A DNA stretch of 64,000 nucleotides from Bacilli bacterium (lineage in GTDB: Bacteria; Bacillota_I; Bacilli_A; RF39; UBA660): assembly GCA_017525035.1 (NCBI GenBank), contig JAFXTH010000005.1, forward strand, positions 25-64,024, read 5' to 3'. The position numbers and the translations under genes are program-made. Positions within the stretch are counted from its first letter, which is position 1. Each line of letters begins with the position of its first letter. The notes under the pieces are model-generated. The model searched no databases. It was not told the DNA's origin and worked only from the letters and a program-made list of their open reading frames with translations. Shown one piece after another: positions 16,702-26,822 of the stretch.

Positions 16702-17787
16702 ATGATGAAAATCATTGTTAGCGCAGGTGGAACTGGTGGACATATCTATCCAGCATTGGCAATAATAAACAAATTAAAAGAACGCAACAAAGACTTAGAA
16801 GTTCTATATATTGGAACAACAGACAGAATGGAAAAAGATATAGTACCAGCACTAGGTATAGATTTCGTTGGTATTCCAATGAAAGGGTTAAATAGGAAAA
16901 ATATCTTCAAGAACATTGAAGTATTGAAAACTTACAGAAAAGCCCAAAAAAAAGCCGAAGAAATAATTAAAGAATATAAACCTGATGTGGTATTAGGTAT
17001 AGGTGGATATATAACTGCTCCTGTTGTAAAAGCAGCTACTAAACTTGGAATAAAGACATTTATTCATGAACAAAATTCTATTCCAGGATTTACAAACAAA
17101 AGATTGAAGAAAAAAGCAACTGCTATAGGAGTATCTTTAAAAGAAAGTGAAAAGTATTTTAAAGGTGGAAATGTTATATTTACAGGTAATCCAAGAAGTG
17201 AAGAAGCTTATAATGCAGAACCTGTAGATAAGAAAAAATATGGATTAACAGAGAATAAAAAACTAGTTTTATTTGTTATGGGAAGCTTAGGATCTTTAAC
17301 AATAACAAATATAATGAAGCAAATATTACCAGCATTTAAAAGTAAAGATTATGAAGTGCTATTTGTAACAGGAAATAATTATTATGACTCTTATAAAGAA
17401 GTAAAATTACCAAACAATGTTAAGATAGTTCCTATGCTAAAAGACATGTTAAATGTGCTTAAAAAGACAGACTTAATTGTAACAAGAGCTGGTGCTTCAA
17501 CAATCGCAGAGATAACAGCAGCAGGAGTACCTGCAATAATGATTCCTTCACCATATGTAACACACAATCATCAAGAAAAGAATGCCTATGTATTAGAAGA
17601 AAATGGTGGAGCAGTCGTAATTAAAGAAAAAGAATTAACAGAAGAAAAACTAATAAGTACTATTGATTCATTAATTTCATCAAATGAGAAACTTGAAAAA
17701 ATGAAAGAATGTAACAAGAAACTAGGAGTAAAAGACAGTGCTACTAAGATTGCAACAATAATAGAAAAGTTAGTTGATGGTGATTAA
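16702..17787 (+). CDS. murG: Undecaprenyldiphospho-muramoylpentapeptide beta-N-acetylglucosaminyltransferase MurG
   Basis: SAGGTGGHIYPALA N-terminal signature. TRAGASTIAEITAAGVPAIMIP C-terminal signature. Start is ATG 16702 or 16705 after AGAGG. Confidence 0.9.
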   Translation: MMKIIVSAGGTGGHIYPALAIINKLKERNKDLEVLYIGTTDRMEKDIVPALGIDFVGIPMKGLNRKNIFKNIEVLKTYRKAQKKAEEIIKEYKPDVVLGIGGYITAPVVKAATKLGIKTFIHEQNSIPGFTNKRLKKKATAIGVSLKESEKYFKGGNVIFTGNPRSEEAYNAEPVDKKKYGLTENKKLVLFVMGSLGSLTITNIMKQILPAFKSKDYEVLFVTGNNYYDSYKEVKLPNNVKIVPMLKDMLNVLKKTDLIVTRAGASTIAEITAAGVPAIMIPSPYVTHNHQEKNAYVLEENGGAVVIKEKELTEEKLISTIDSLISSNEKLEKMKECNKKLGVKDSATKIATIIEKLVDGD

Positions 17788-18694
17788 AGTGGAAGATATA
17801 GTAAATTTTATAACAAAAAATGAAATTGGTGAGTATAAAGAAAACGTAAGTTTAGCTAATAACACAACTTATAAAGTTGGAGGTATTGCAAGCGTTTTTG
17901 TATACCCTAAAGATACAGATAAATTAATATTATTACTTAAAGAGTTAAAAAGACTTGATATTAAACACAAAGTTTTAGGTAATGGCTCAAATACATTATT
18001 TAGTGATAAAGAATATGATGGTGTAATTATTAAATTAGATAAGTTTGATAAAATTACATTCTTTACCAACACGGTAAGAGCAGAAGCAGGAGTAAGCTTG
18101 ATGAAACTAAGTAATCAAGCAGTTAGAAAAGGCCTTGCTGGTCTTGAATTTGCTAGTGGTATACCTGGTACAGTTGGTGGAGCAATATTCATGAATGCTG
18201 GGGCCTATAAAAGTGATATGGGCTATATTACTAAATGGGTTAAAGTATTAACTCCAAAATATGAAGTAATAAGAATGACTAATAAAGAAATGCAGTTCCA
18301 TTATAGAACTTCTTTCTTACAAAAAAATCCTGATTATATATGCTTAGAAGCATCAATTCAATTAAGACCAAGTAGTAGAGAACTATTACAAGAAATTGTT
18401 GATGATAGACGTAAAAGAAGAGTAGAAAGTCAACCTCTTGAATATCCTTCAGCAGGATCAGTATTTAGAAACCCTGATAATATGTTTGCGGGAAAGTTAA
18501 TAGAAGATTTAGGATATAAAGGATACTCAATTGGTGGAGCAAAAGTAAGTGAAAAACATGCTAACTTTATAATTAATTACAATAATGCTAAAGGAAAAGA
18601 TGTTAAAGATTTAATAGAATTCATTAAAAGTGAAGTAAAGAAAAACTATGATGTTGATTTAAAAGTAGAACAAGAATTTGTTAACTGGGAGTAA
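17777..18694 (+). CDS. murB: UDP-N-acetylenolpyruvoylglucosamine reductase MurB
   Basis: NTTYKVGG, VLGNGSNTLF, PGTVGGAIFMNAGAY, PSAGSVFRNP. Overlaps the murG stop. Confidence 0.9.
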   Translation: MVIKVEDIVNFITKNEIGEYKENVSLANNTTYKVGGIASVFVYPKDTDKLILLLKELKRLDIKHKVLGNGSNTLFSDKEYDGVIIKLDKFDKITFFTNTVRAEAGVSLMKLSNQAVRKGLAGLEFASGIPGTVGGAIFMNAGAYKSDMGYITKWVKVLTPKYEVIRMTNKEMQFHYRTSFLQKNPDYICLEASIQLRPSSRELLQEIVDDRRKRRVESQPLEYPSAGSVFRNPDNMFAGKLIEDLGYKGYSIGGAKVSEKHANFIINYNNAKGKDVKDLIEFIKSEVKKNYDVDLKVEQEFVNWE

Positions 18695-18700
18695 CATAAA

Positions 18701-19447
18701 ATGAATAAGAAAGTGGAAAAGAAAACAAAAGAAAAAAAACAAGAACCAACAGAAAAAAATAAAACTGAAAAGAAAACAAAAATAAAAAGAAAAATTAAAG
18801 CAGTTCCAATATTGATACTTCTTGTAGCAATTGTTTTACTATACTTTCTTATAAAATTAGTTTTTGGAATAAAAATACAAAATATATATGTTAAAGGTAA
18901 TATGAACCTTAGTGATGAATATATAATAGAGAAGGCTAAGTTAGAAGATTATCCTAGTTACTATAAGAACTTATCATTTATAGTAGGAAATAGATTAAAA
19001 AGTGATATTTTTATTAAAGAAGCTAAAGTAAGAAGACAATTCTTTGCAGTAATAAACATTGAAGTAGAAGAAAATAATGTGTTATTTTACAAAGAAAATG
19101 ATGGTAGATATGTACTTGAAGATGGTCAAGAAACTAGTGAAGTGCCATACGCTATTAATCCAATAACAGTTGTTAATTATATACCGGATACAATATATAA
19201 TAATTTTGTTAAAAAGATGTCTTTAGTACCTGAAGATGTAAGAACAAAAATATCTGAGATTAAATATGATCCTAGTGATTATGACCAATCTAGATTTATG
19301 CTTTATATGAAAGATGGAAATTATGTATATATTACACTTACTAAGTTTGACTCATTAAATTACTACAACGAGATATATCCAACATTAGAAGGTAAAAAAG
19401 GAATATTGTATTTAGATTCTGGAAACCATTTCCAAGAAATAAAATAA
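18701..19447 (+). CDS. divIB: Cell division protein DivIB/FtsQ
   Basis: K-rich cytoplasmic N-terminus, one TM, POTRA-like IQNIYVKGNMNLSDEYIIEKAKL. Position after murB. Confidence 0.75.
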   Translation: MNKKVEKKTKEKKQEPTEKNKTEKKTKIKRKIKAVPILILLVAIVLLYFLIKLVFGIKIQNIYVKGNMNLSDEYIIEKAKLEDYPSYYKNLSFIVGNRLKSDIFIKEAKVRRQFFAVINIEVEENNVLFYKENDGRYVLEDGQETSEVPYAINPITVVNYIPDTIYNNFVKKMSLVPEDVRTKISEIKYDPSDYDQSRFMLYMKDGNYVYITLTKFDSLNYYNEIYPTLEGKKGILYLDSGNHFQEIK

Positions 19448-19469
19448 GACACTGTTAAGTGTCTTTTTT
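19447..19469. terminator. Bidirectional Rho-independent terminator
   Basis: agacact-gtta-agtgtct hairpin with flanking A-run and T-run, between convergent genes. Confidence 0.8.
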
Positions 19470-19635
19470 AGTAATAACGATTATATGGGTAGTAAGGATA
19501 AGGATAATAATAAACGGGATATGGTACATATCGATTATTGTTATTAGCCCATAAACTACCAACAACTCCTCCTAATACAAAAGGAACAATAGGGAAACCT
19601 CGACTCCCACCAAAATTGTTAAATCTAGGATTCAT
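19468..19635 (-). CDS. Unlisted small (55 aa) Tyr/Pro/Asn-rich protein
   Basis: Not in the ORF track (under 60 aa). ATG 7 nt after AGGAGG. Translates to MNPRFNNFGGSRGFPIVPFVLGGVVGSLWANNNNRYVPYPVYYYPYPYYPYNRYY. Ends at the bidirectional terminator. Confidence 0.6.
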   Translation of the reverse strand: MNPRFNNFGGSRGFPIVPFVLGGVVGSLWANNNNRYVPYPVYYYPYPYYPYNRYY

Positions 19636-19668
19636 AAATACCTCCTAAAGTATTTTATGAATCTTTTT

Positions 19669-20556
19669 TTATTTCGTTCTTAATCTATATAAATTAATAC
19701 TTGGATGATTTAATAATCTAAATGGATAATAAGAATTACCTAAACCGCCAGAGATATATAGTGGAATACCATCAATATCATAGTGTGATGAAATATACTT
19801 TTTAGCTCCTTCTTTCTTTATAACAGGTCCTATTAAAGGAAGTATTACCTGACCATTGTGTGAATGTCCTGCAATTATCATATTTGGCTCATAATCATCA
19901 ATAACTTGATCAGCAAGATCTGGCTTATGAATAACTCCAATAGAGTAGTTAGCATCACTTAAAGTTAATTCTTCTTTTGAATAAGTATCATCAACTGCTA
20001 TTAAATTAATAGTGGATTTACCAATATAAATTTTTTCTATTTTGTTTTCTAAAATAGTGAAGTTAGAGTTATCAAAGATATCTTTAAAATCATCAAAATC
20101 TTCTTCACCTCTAATAGCAAATTTACCAATGTTACTAGTAATTCTATTAAATTCACTCATAATAGATTCTTTATCATCGTTGCTTATGATATATTCTTCA
20201 TCAATTAAATCTCCAGTAAATATAACTATATCGGGATTAATTTCATTAATTAAATTAACAAGCTTTTTAATATCCTTAATAGAAGAGTTTTTACCATAGT
20301 GAATATCAGAGAATTGAACTATCTTTAGGCCATTTAATTCTTCATTAATATCATCACTATATACTGGATATTCTCTTACAACAATTCCAATATTACCAAT
20401 GTATCTTAAACATGTATACGACACTGTAAAAATGATAAATAGAGGTATAAATATCCACATAAGTATTTTGAATATTTTTTTGTTTCTTAATTTTCTTTCT
20501 TCTTCTAATATTTCATCTGCAATATCAGAGTTTTTTTCTGTTCTTGATTCAGCCAC
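19669..20556 (-). CDS. Membrane-anchored calcineurin-like metallophosphoesterase (YkuE-like)
   Basis: N-terminal TM. SDIHYG, FTGDLIDEE and AGHSHNGQV metallophosphatase motifs. Confidence 0.8.
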   Translation of the reverse strand: MAESRTEKNSDIADEILEEERKLRNKKIFKILMWIFIPLFIIFTVSYTCLRYIGNIGIVVREYPVYSDDINEELNGLKIVQFSDIHYGKNSSIKDIKKLVNLINEINPDIVIFTGDLIDEEYIISNDDKESIMSEFNRITSNIGKFAIRGEEDFDDFKDIFDNSNFTILENKIEKIYIGKSTINLIAVDDTYSKEELTLSDANYSIGVIHKPDLADQVIDDYEPNMIIAGHSHNGQVILPLIGPVIKKEGAKKYISSHYDIDGIPLYISGGLGNSYYPFRLLNHPSINLYRLRTK

Positions 20557-21282
20557 TTAAATCAATCCTTTCGTTATTATATATAGTAAAACTAAGGCAC
20601 CATTGTGTAACATATGTATAAAAATAGTGGAATATATATTCTTAGTTTTGTAATAAATAATTCCAAAACATATACCTAAACTAGAATAAGGTATTATATA
20701 TAAAAGCCCATATAGGGAAGTACTTAAGGTTGAAATTATATGCATTGCTCCAAAGACAATACCTGATGTTAATATAAATGGTATTTTACTTTTAATCGCA
20801 TCACTAAAAGCTTTCCTAAATACTAGTTCTTCAATAAATGGTGCAATAAACGTTGTTATAATAAATGCCAGAATTGGTGAAGTCGCAATAATATTATTAA
20901 TGCTTTCTTGATTAGTAGCCATTTCCAAACTAGTTACTTTAGCGATTATAATATTGCTTATTGCCATAATTGCAAGTCCTAAAACCCAATATCTAAAAGC
21001 AATATCAGTAATAGAACCAAATTTATGAATAAATTCTTTAAAGTCCTTAGTTATAGTTTTTCTATATACAAAAAATAAGAAAATAGCAAAGGTTATATCT
21101 GTTAAAAGCTTTAAAAATATAGATAAATCATCACTTATATTTAAAATTAATTCATCATTAACATAATTAAAATCGATACCTATTAATTTTGCATATGCTA
21201 GTTGTAATAAAGGATATATATAGAAAAGAAGAAAAATTATACCTAAAATTACGATGTTTTTGTACTTGTTTTTGCTGTTCAT
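20557..21282 (-). CDS. CPBP-family intramembrane glutamic endopeptidase (CAAX protease-like)
   Basis: Polytopic membrane protein with FIEELVFRKAF, FGAMH and HMLHN motifs. Confidence 0.8.
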   Translation of the reverse strand: MNSKNKYKNIVILGIIFLLFYIYPLLQLAYAKLIGIDFNYVNDELILNISDDLSIFLKLLTDITFAIFLFFVYRKTITKDFKEFIHKFGSITDIAFRYWVLGLAIMAISNIIIAKVTSLEMATNQESINNIIATSPILAFIITTFIAPFIEELVFRKAFSDAIKSKIPFILTSGIVFGAMHIISTLSTSLYGLLYIIPYSSLGICFGIIYYKTKNIYSTIFIHMLHNGALVLLYIITKGLI

Positions 21283-21403
21283 AATTCCTCCTTAATATAT
21301 AATTTAATTTTAAATGTTAAAAAATTATGTGTCAACCAATTTCACATTAATGTATTATTGGATATAAAAATAATGTATAATAGTTATAAGAGGATGGTGT
21401 ATT

Positions 21404-22714
21404 ATGAAATACTATTGTTTAGGAATTAAAGGTGCTGGAATGGCTACCTTAGCAAATATATTATATGATCTTGGAAATGAAGTAGTAGGATACGATGACA
21501 CATTAGATCATAAGTTTACTGAAGAAGGATTAGATAAAAGAGGTATTAAAATATATCATGATAATGAGCATCCATTAGATAAAGATATGATTCTTACTCA
21601 TTCAGTTGCATTAAAAGAAGATCACAGAGAAATAGTAAGAGCTAAAGAAGCTGGTTTAAAAATAAAAAGATATGATGAGATTCTTGGTGATATAACAAAT
21701 ATGTTTGAATCTATTTGTGTATCAGGAACTCATGGAAAAACAACAACATCAACAATGATTACACAAATACTAGATGCCGTTTATAAAGTTAATTACTTCA
21801 TTGGTGATGGTACTGGATATGCAAGTAAAGACAATAAGTATTTTGTTATTGAATCAGATGAATTCAATAGACATTTCTTAGCATATCATCCATCATATAC
21901 AGTAATTACTAATATTGAGTTAGAACATACTGAAATATATAGAGATATAGAAGATATTAGAGAAACATTTGAGAAGTTTGCTAATAAAACAAAAAATGTT
22001 GTAGTAGCATGTGGAGATAACGAAAACATAAGAATGTTAAAAATAAAACCAAAAACAATTTATTATGGATTTAATGAAGACAATGATGTATGCGCTAAAA
22101 ATGTTACTTTAAATGAAAATGGATCTGAATTTGATTTATATGTTAATAAGGAATTAAAAGGCCACTTCCATTTACCATTGTTTGGAAAACATATGGTATT
22201 AAATGCCTTAGCAGCAATAACAATATGTAACTTAAATGGAGTAGATTACGATAAGATAAACGAATTATTAGGTAACTTTCATAATGCTAAAAGAAGGTTT
22301 GCTATTGAAAATGTTAAAGATAATGTAATAATTGATGATTATGCACATCATCCAACAGAAATTAAAGTAACACTTGAAGCAGCAAGACAGAAATATCCTA
22401 ATAAAGAATTAATAGCAGTTTTTAAACCAAATACTTATTCAAGAACTGAGAAGTTCTATAAGGAATTTGCAGATGCTTTAAATATTGCTGATAAAGTATA
22501 TTTAACTGAAATTGAGTGTAATAGGGAAAAACCTGAAGATTATGGTAATGTTACATCAAAGAAAATATTTGACTTATTAAATAATGGAAGCATGATAAGT
22601 GATACTGAAGCAGATAAGTTATTAAAACATGATAATGCAGCAATATGCTTTATGAGTTGTGCTTCAATCGCACATTTAAAAGATGATTATATAAATAAAT
22701 TAAAAAATAGTTAA
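21404..22714 (+). CDS. murC: UDP-N-acetylmuramate--L-alanine ligase MurC
   Basis: GIKGAGMATLANIL, VSGTHGKTTTSTMI, DDYAHHPTEI. Confidence 0.9.
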   Translation: MKYYCLGIKGAGMATLANILYDLGNEVVGYDDTLDHKFTEEGLDKRGIKIYHDNEHPLDKDMILTHSVALKEDHREIVRAKEAGLKIKRYDEILGDITNMFESICVSGTHGKTTTSTMITQILDAVYKVNYFIGDGTGYASKDNKYFVIESDEFNRHFLAYHPSYTVITNIELEHTEIYRDIEDIRETFEKFANKTKNVVVACGDNENIRMLKIKPKTIYYGFNEDNDVCAKNVTLNENGSEFDLYVNKELKGHFHLPLFGKHMVLNALAAITICNLNGVDYDKINELLGNFHNAKRRFAIENVKDNVIIDDYAHHPTEIKVTLEAARQKYPNKELIAVFKPNTYSRTEKFYKEFADALNIADKVYLTEIECNREKPEDYGNVTSKKIFDLLNNGSMISDTEADKLLKHDNAAICFMSCASIAHLKDDYINKLKNS

Positions 22715-22719
22715 TAAAA

Positions 22720-22728
22720 TGATATAAT
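22720..22728 (+). promoter_or_regulatory. Extended -10 promoter element (TGaTATAAT)
   Basis: TGATATAAT 27 nt upstream of ATG 22755. Confidence 0.45.
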
Positions 22729-22754
22729 ATTAATATACAAAGTAGGTGAGAAGT

Positions 22755-23048
22755 ATGGATATGGATTTTGGAATAAATAATAAAATAGAGTTATACAAAA
22801 GACTAACTCCAGCTTTAACTTGCAAAGTAAGAGAATTAAAAAGAAATAAAATTAACTATATCAAGAAGGAAGATATATGGAATTATCTATTAAAAACAAG
22901 ATGGGAGAATATGAGAGGTCTTGATCTTTCTTTAATGGTTGATGATATTTTAAATTTAAATAATGAAGAATTAGAAAAATATGTAAGTAGTAAACTTAAT
23001 ACTTTTAATAATGAAGATAAAGTTGAAGATGAAATAGAATTATTATAA
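22755..23048 (+). CDS. ComN-like post-transcriptional regulator family protein
   Basis: ~97 aa. LTPALTCKVRELK...EDIWNYLLKTRW...LSLMVDDILNL resembles ComN/YrzD-type proteins. ATG 22755 lies behind AGGTGAG (ORF track GTG 22746). Confidence 0.45.
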   Translation: MDMDFGINNKIELYKRLTPALTCKVRELKRNKINYIKKEDIWNYLLKTRWENMRGLDLSLMVDDILNLNNEELEKYVSSKLNTFNNEDKVEDEIELL

Positions 23049-23062
23049 AAGGAGGTGATATC

Positions 23063-25207
23063 ATGACAAAGGATTACACAGGATATACCATTGAAAGCCT
23101 CATTGAAAAAGCAAGCGTATATATCCAAAATAAGGATAATTTAAATAAAATAAGAAAAGCATATGACTATGCTAAAGAAAAACATCAAGGACAATATAGA
23201 GTAAGTGGAGAAGACTATATCTACCATCCACTATGTACAGCAATTATTCTGACAACTGTATATGCTGATACAGACACTATATGTGCAGGACTTTTGCATG
23301 ATGTCATCGAAGATTGTGACGTAACAAGAAGTGAATTAGAAGAAGTTTTTGGAAGCGATATTGCAAAACTAGTTGATGGGGTATCCAAGATTAGTAAAAT
23401 GCATTTCTCAACAGAAAATGAAGCTTTAATCGAATACTATAAGAAAATAATAGTTGGAATGAGTGAAGATGTAAGAGTTATAATTATTAAACTTGCAGAT
23501 AGACTTCATAATATGAGAACTTTGTGGGCTCTTCCAAAAGAAAAGCAAAAAACAAAAGCTAAAGAAGTATTAGAAATACTAGCACCAATAGCACATCACT
23601 TAGGTATTCACAAAATTAAAAGTGAATTAGAAGATTTATCGCTAAGATATTTAAAGCCAGATGTTTTCTATGACATAGCAGAAAAGCTTAATACTACAAA
23701 AATAGAACGTGATAATGCTGTTAGTGAAATGATTGACGAGGTTAGTTTAATACTTAAAGAACATAACATTAAGTTTGATATTAAAGGCCGTAGTAAAAGC
23801 ATTTATAGTATCTATAAGAAAATGGAAAAGGGAAAGAAATTTAGTGAATTATATGACCTTCTTGCCATTAGAATACTTGTAGATACAGAACAAGAATGTT
23901 ATACAGCTTTAGGATTAATTCATGCTAAATTTAAACCAATACCAAAAAGATTTAAAGATTACATAGCAATGCCTAAAGTAAATGGATACCAATCACTTCA
24001 TACAACTATTTTTGGAATAGATGGGCAAATATTTGAAGTACAAATAAGAACTCATAAAATGGATGAAATAGCTGAGAATGGAGTAGCAGCACACTGGGCA
24101 TATAAAGAAAAAAAGAATCTTTCTGAAAAGAGCCAAAACTCTACTGAAGCTAAATTACAATTCTTCAAATCTATCATGGAACTTGATGTAGAAAAGATGA
24201 GCAGTGAGGAATTTGTTAATAGTGTTAAAGATGAAATATTAAATGATAATATATATGTATTTACTCCAAAAGGAGATATCTTTGAATTACCTAAGGGTTC
24301 AACTCCAATAGATTTTGCGTATAAAATACATACACAAGTTGGAGATACAATGGTTGGAGCAATAGTAAATAATAATATTGTTTCACTAGATTACGAACTA
24401 AAAAACAATGACATAGTAAAGGTAATTACTAATAGAAATTCTTCACCATCAAAAGAGTGGTTATCAATAGTTAAAACTACACAAGCAAGAAATAAAATCA
24501 AAAATTACTTTACTAAATCAGAAAAAGATATATATATTGAAAGAGGAAAAGAACAATTAGAAAAAGAATTAAGAAAGAAGAAACTAGCTTTCCAGGAATT
24601 CTTATCTGAAGAAAATATAGATACTATTATTAAAGATACAAAATGTGTTGATTTAGATGAAGTTTACTTATCAATTGGAAATGGTAAGATAAGTTCAACA
24701 TATGTTATTAACTTGATTACAAAACAAGATGTACCACAAGAAATCAAACAAATAGCAGCACCTAAATCACAAGATACTGATATAATAGTAGATGGAATAG
24801 ATAAAATTAAAGTTAACATATCTAATTGTTGTAACCCACTTCCAGGTGATGATATCATTGGATATATAAGTAAGAATAATGGTATTACTGTTCACAGAAT
24901 ATCATGTCCTAACTTAGATAGATTAGAAGATCGAATGATTAATGTTAAATGGAATGAAAATCCTAAATCAAAATACTTATCTTCTATACTAATTACAGCA
25001 AAGAAGAATGACAAAGCAATGCTTGAAATAATGCAAAGAGCAAGTACAGGTAATATTTCAATAGACAACATTAAAACATTAAGTAGAACAGATAATGTTA
25101 TTTATGAAGTAGATCTATGGGTTAATAGCCTAGATAGATTAAATATATTTATAAGAGACTTGAATGCTTTAGATTACATTGATAGTGTAGAGAGGATAAT
25201 GAGATGA
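23063..25207 (+). CDS. relA: Bifunctional (p)ppGpp synthetase/hydrolase (RelA/SpoT homologue)
   Basis: HD hydrolase domain (HPLCTAIIL, LLHDVIEDC), synthetase domain (YQSLHTTI, EVQIRTHKMD), TGS and ACT-like C-terminus. Confidence 0.92.
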   Translation: MTKDYTGYTIESLIEKASVYIQNKDNLNKIRKAYDYAKEKHQGQYRVSGEDYIYHPLCTAIILTTVYADTDTICAGLLHDVIEDCDVTRSELEEVFGSDIAKLVDGVSKISKMHFSTENEALIEYYKKIIVGMSEDVRVIIIKLADRLHNMRTLWALPKEKQKTKAKEVLEILAPIAHHLGIHKIKSELEDLSLRYLKPDVFYDIAEKLNTTKIERDNAVSEMIDEVSLILKEHNIKFDIKGRSKSIYSIYKKMEKGKKFSELYDLLAIRILVDTEQECYTALGLIHAKFKPIPKRFKDYIAMPKVNGYQSLHTTIFGIDGQIFEVQIRTHKMDEIAENGVAAHWAYKEKKNLSEKSQNSTEAKLQFFKSIMELDVEKMSSEEFVNSVKDEILNDNIYVFTPKGDIFELPKGSTPIDFAYKIHTQVGDTMVGAIVNNNIVSLDYELKNNDIVKVITNRNSSPSKEWLSIVKTTQARNKIKNYFTKSEKDIYIERGKEQLEKELRKKKLAFQEFLSEENIDTIIKDTKCVDLDEVYLSIGNGKISSTYVINLITKQDVPQEIKQIAAPKSQDTDIIVDGIDKIKVNISNCCNPLPGDDIIGYISKNNGITVHRISCPNLDRLEDRMINVKWNENPKSKYLSSILITAKKNDKAMLEIMQRASTGNISIDNIKTLSRTDNVIYEVDLWVNSLDRLNIFIRDLNALDYIDSVERIMR

Positions 25208-25638
25208 AAATAGTAGCACAAAGAGTAAAAGAAGCAAATGTAAAAGTAGATAATAAAATAATTGGTGAGATTAAAGATGGTTTAATGCTTCTTGTATCTT
25301 TTACACATACAGATACAGAAAAAGAAATAGATTATATGGTTAATAAAGTTCTTGCACTAAGAATATTCGATGATGAAAATGGTGTAATGAATAGAAGTGT
25401 CTTAGATATTAATGGAAGTATCTTATCAATATCTCAATTTACTTTGTATGCTGACACAAAAAAAGGTAATAGACCAAGCTATATAAATGCATTAGGCGGG
25501 GATGAAGCAATTAAACTTTATGACATGTTTAATGAGAAGCTTAAAAATCATATTAAGGTAGAAACAGGTAAGTTTGGAGCAGATATGAAAGTATCACTTC
25601 TAAACGATGGACCTGTAACTATAATATTAGAAAAATAA
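25204..25638 (+). CDS. dtd: D-aminoacyl-tRNA deacylase
   Basis: MKIVAQRV, SQFTLYADTKKGNRPSY, NDGPVTI. ATGA overlap with relA; conserved relA-dtd pairing. Confidence 0.9.
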   Translation: MKIVAQRVKEANVKVDNKIIGEIKDGLMLLVSFTHTDTEKEIDYMVNKVLALRIFDDENGVMNRSVLDINGSILSISQFTLYADTKKGNRPSYINALGGDEAIKLYDMFNEKLKNHIKVETGKFGADMKVSLLNDGPVTIILEK

Positions 25639-25648
25639 GGAGGCAAAT

Positions 25649-26743
25649 ATGTTTAAAGACAGACTTAATTTCAAATTACTCAATATATTAATACTTGTAG
25701 TAATAATTTACTTTGGGTTAATTACATTTAATTATTGGGGATGGATAATTACTAAAGCATTAGCAATTATTACACCATTCTTAATAGCGTTTGGTATAGC
25801 ATATTCATTTTATCCAATAGTTAAGAAGCTTAAAAAGAAAGGACTTAGCAATACACTGGCAGTTACAATAGTATCAGGATCAGTAATATTTATATTACTT
25901 GCACTTATTGTAATTACAGTACCACTTGTATATGACCAGTTAGTATTACTATCTCAATCTATTGGTGAAGTAATGAATGACTTATCAAGAAAATTCGAAG
26001 TTAACCTAGGAGATTTTCAAACAACTATTAATTCAATAATGGATAATATAGTTCAATCAGCAGGTAAATATGTTTCTGATGGTACACTAAATATAGTTGG
26101 TAGAGCAGTAGATTTCATTTCTAATTCAATAATTATACTAATCCTATCAATATATTTCTTAATTGATATGGAAAAGATTAGGGGAGAAGTTCGTAAGATT
26201 CTAACAAGAAATAAGAATAGAAAGAAAGCTTTCAATTATGTTAAGGTATTAGATAAAGAATTAGGACAATACTTAAATGGATTAGCTATATTCATAGGTA
26301 TTCAATTTGTTGAATATACAATTTTATTTAAAATAATTGGACATCCAAACTGGTTATTACTTGGTATACTTGCAGCACTAACAACAGTTATTCCATACTT
26401 TGGAGGATTAATTACTAATATCGTTGCAGTTATACTTGCATCAGTTGTGTCTACACCATTATTTATTGCAACATTAATTATCTGCTTAGTATTCCCTAAC
26501 ATTGATGGATATATTGTTTCTCCAAAAGTATATGGTAAAACAAACAATGTTAATGCGATGTGGACAATATTTGCAGTAGTTGCAGGTGGAACGTTATTTG
26601 GTATACCTGGAATCATGTTATCGCTTCCTGTATATATAGCAATTAATTGTACATTTAACTTCTTTAAAGAAGATATTTATGATAAAATTGCAAAAGTAAA
26701 AAGAGACGACAAAGAAAAGAAACAAGAAATTAAAGAAACTTAA
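25649..26743 (+). CDS. AI-2E family transporter (PerM/YtvI-like permease)
   Basis: Polytopic membrane protein with the typical C-terminal IPYFGG...N.V and PKVYG pattern. Confidence 0.75.
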   Translation: MFKDRLNFKLLNILILVVIIYFGLITFNYWGWIITKALAIITPFLIAFGIAYSFYPIVKKLKKKGLSNTLAVTIVSGSVIFILLALIVITVPLVYDQLVLLSQSIGEVMNDLSRKFEVNLGDFQTTINSIMDNIVQSAGKYVSDGTLNIVGRAVDFISNSIIILILSIYFLIDMEKIRGEVRKILTRNKNRKKAFNYVKVLDKELGQYLNGLAIFIGIQFVEYTILFKIIGHPNWLLLGILAALTTVIPYFGGLITNIVAVILASVVSTPLFIATLIICLVFPNIDGYIVSPKVYGKTNNVNAMWTIFAVVAGGTLFGIPGIMLSLPVYIAINCTFNFFKEDIYDKIAKVKRDDKEKKQEIKET

Positions 26744-26764
26744 TGTGAAAACATTAAGTTTTTT
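26739..26764 (+). terminator. Rho-independent terminator
   Basis: cttaatgt-gaaa-acattaag plus TTTTTT, overlapping the stop codon. Confidence 0.8.
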
Positions 26765-26822
26765 ATTTTAAAAAAATGATAAGTATAGTAAAATTATTGT
26801 ATAAGAGATAGAAGGTGTTTCT

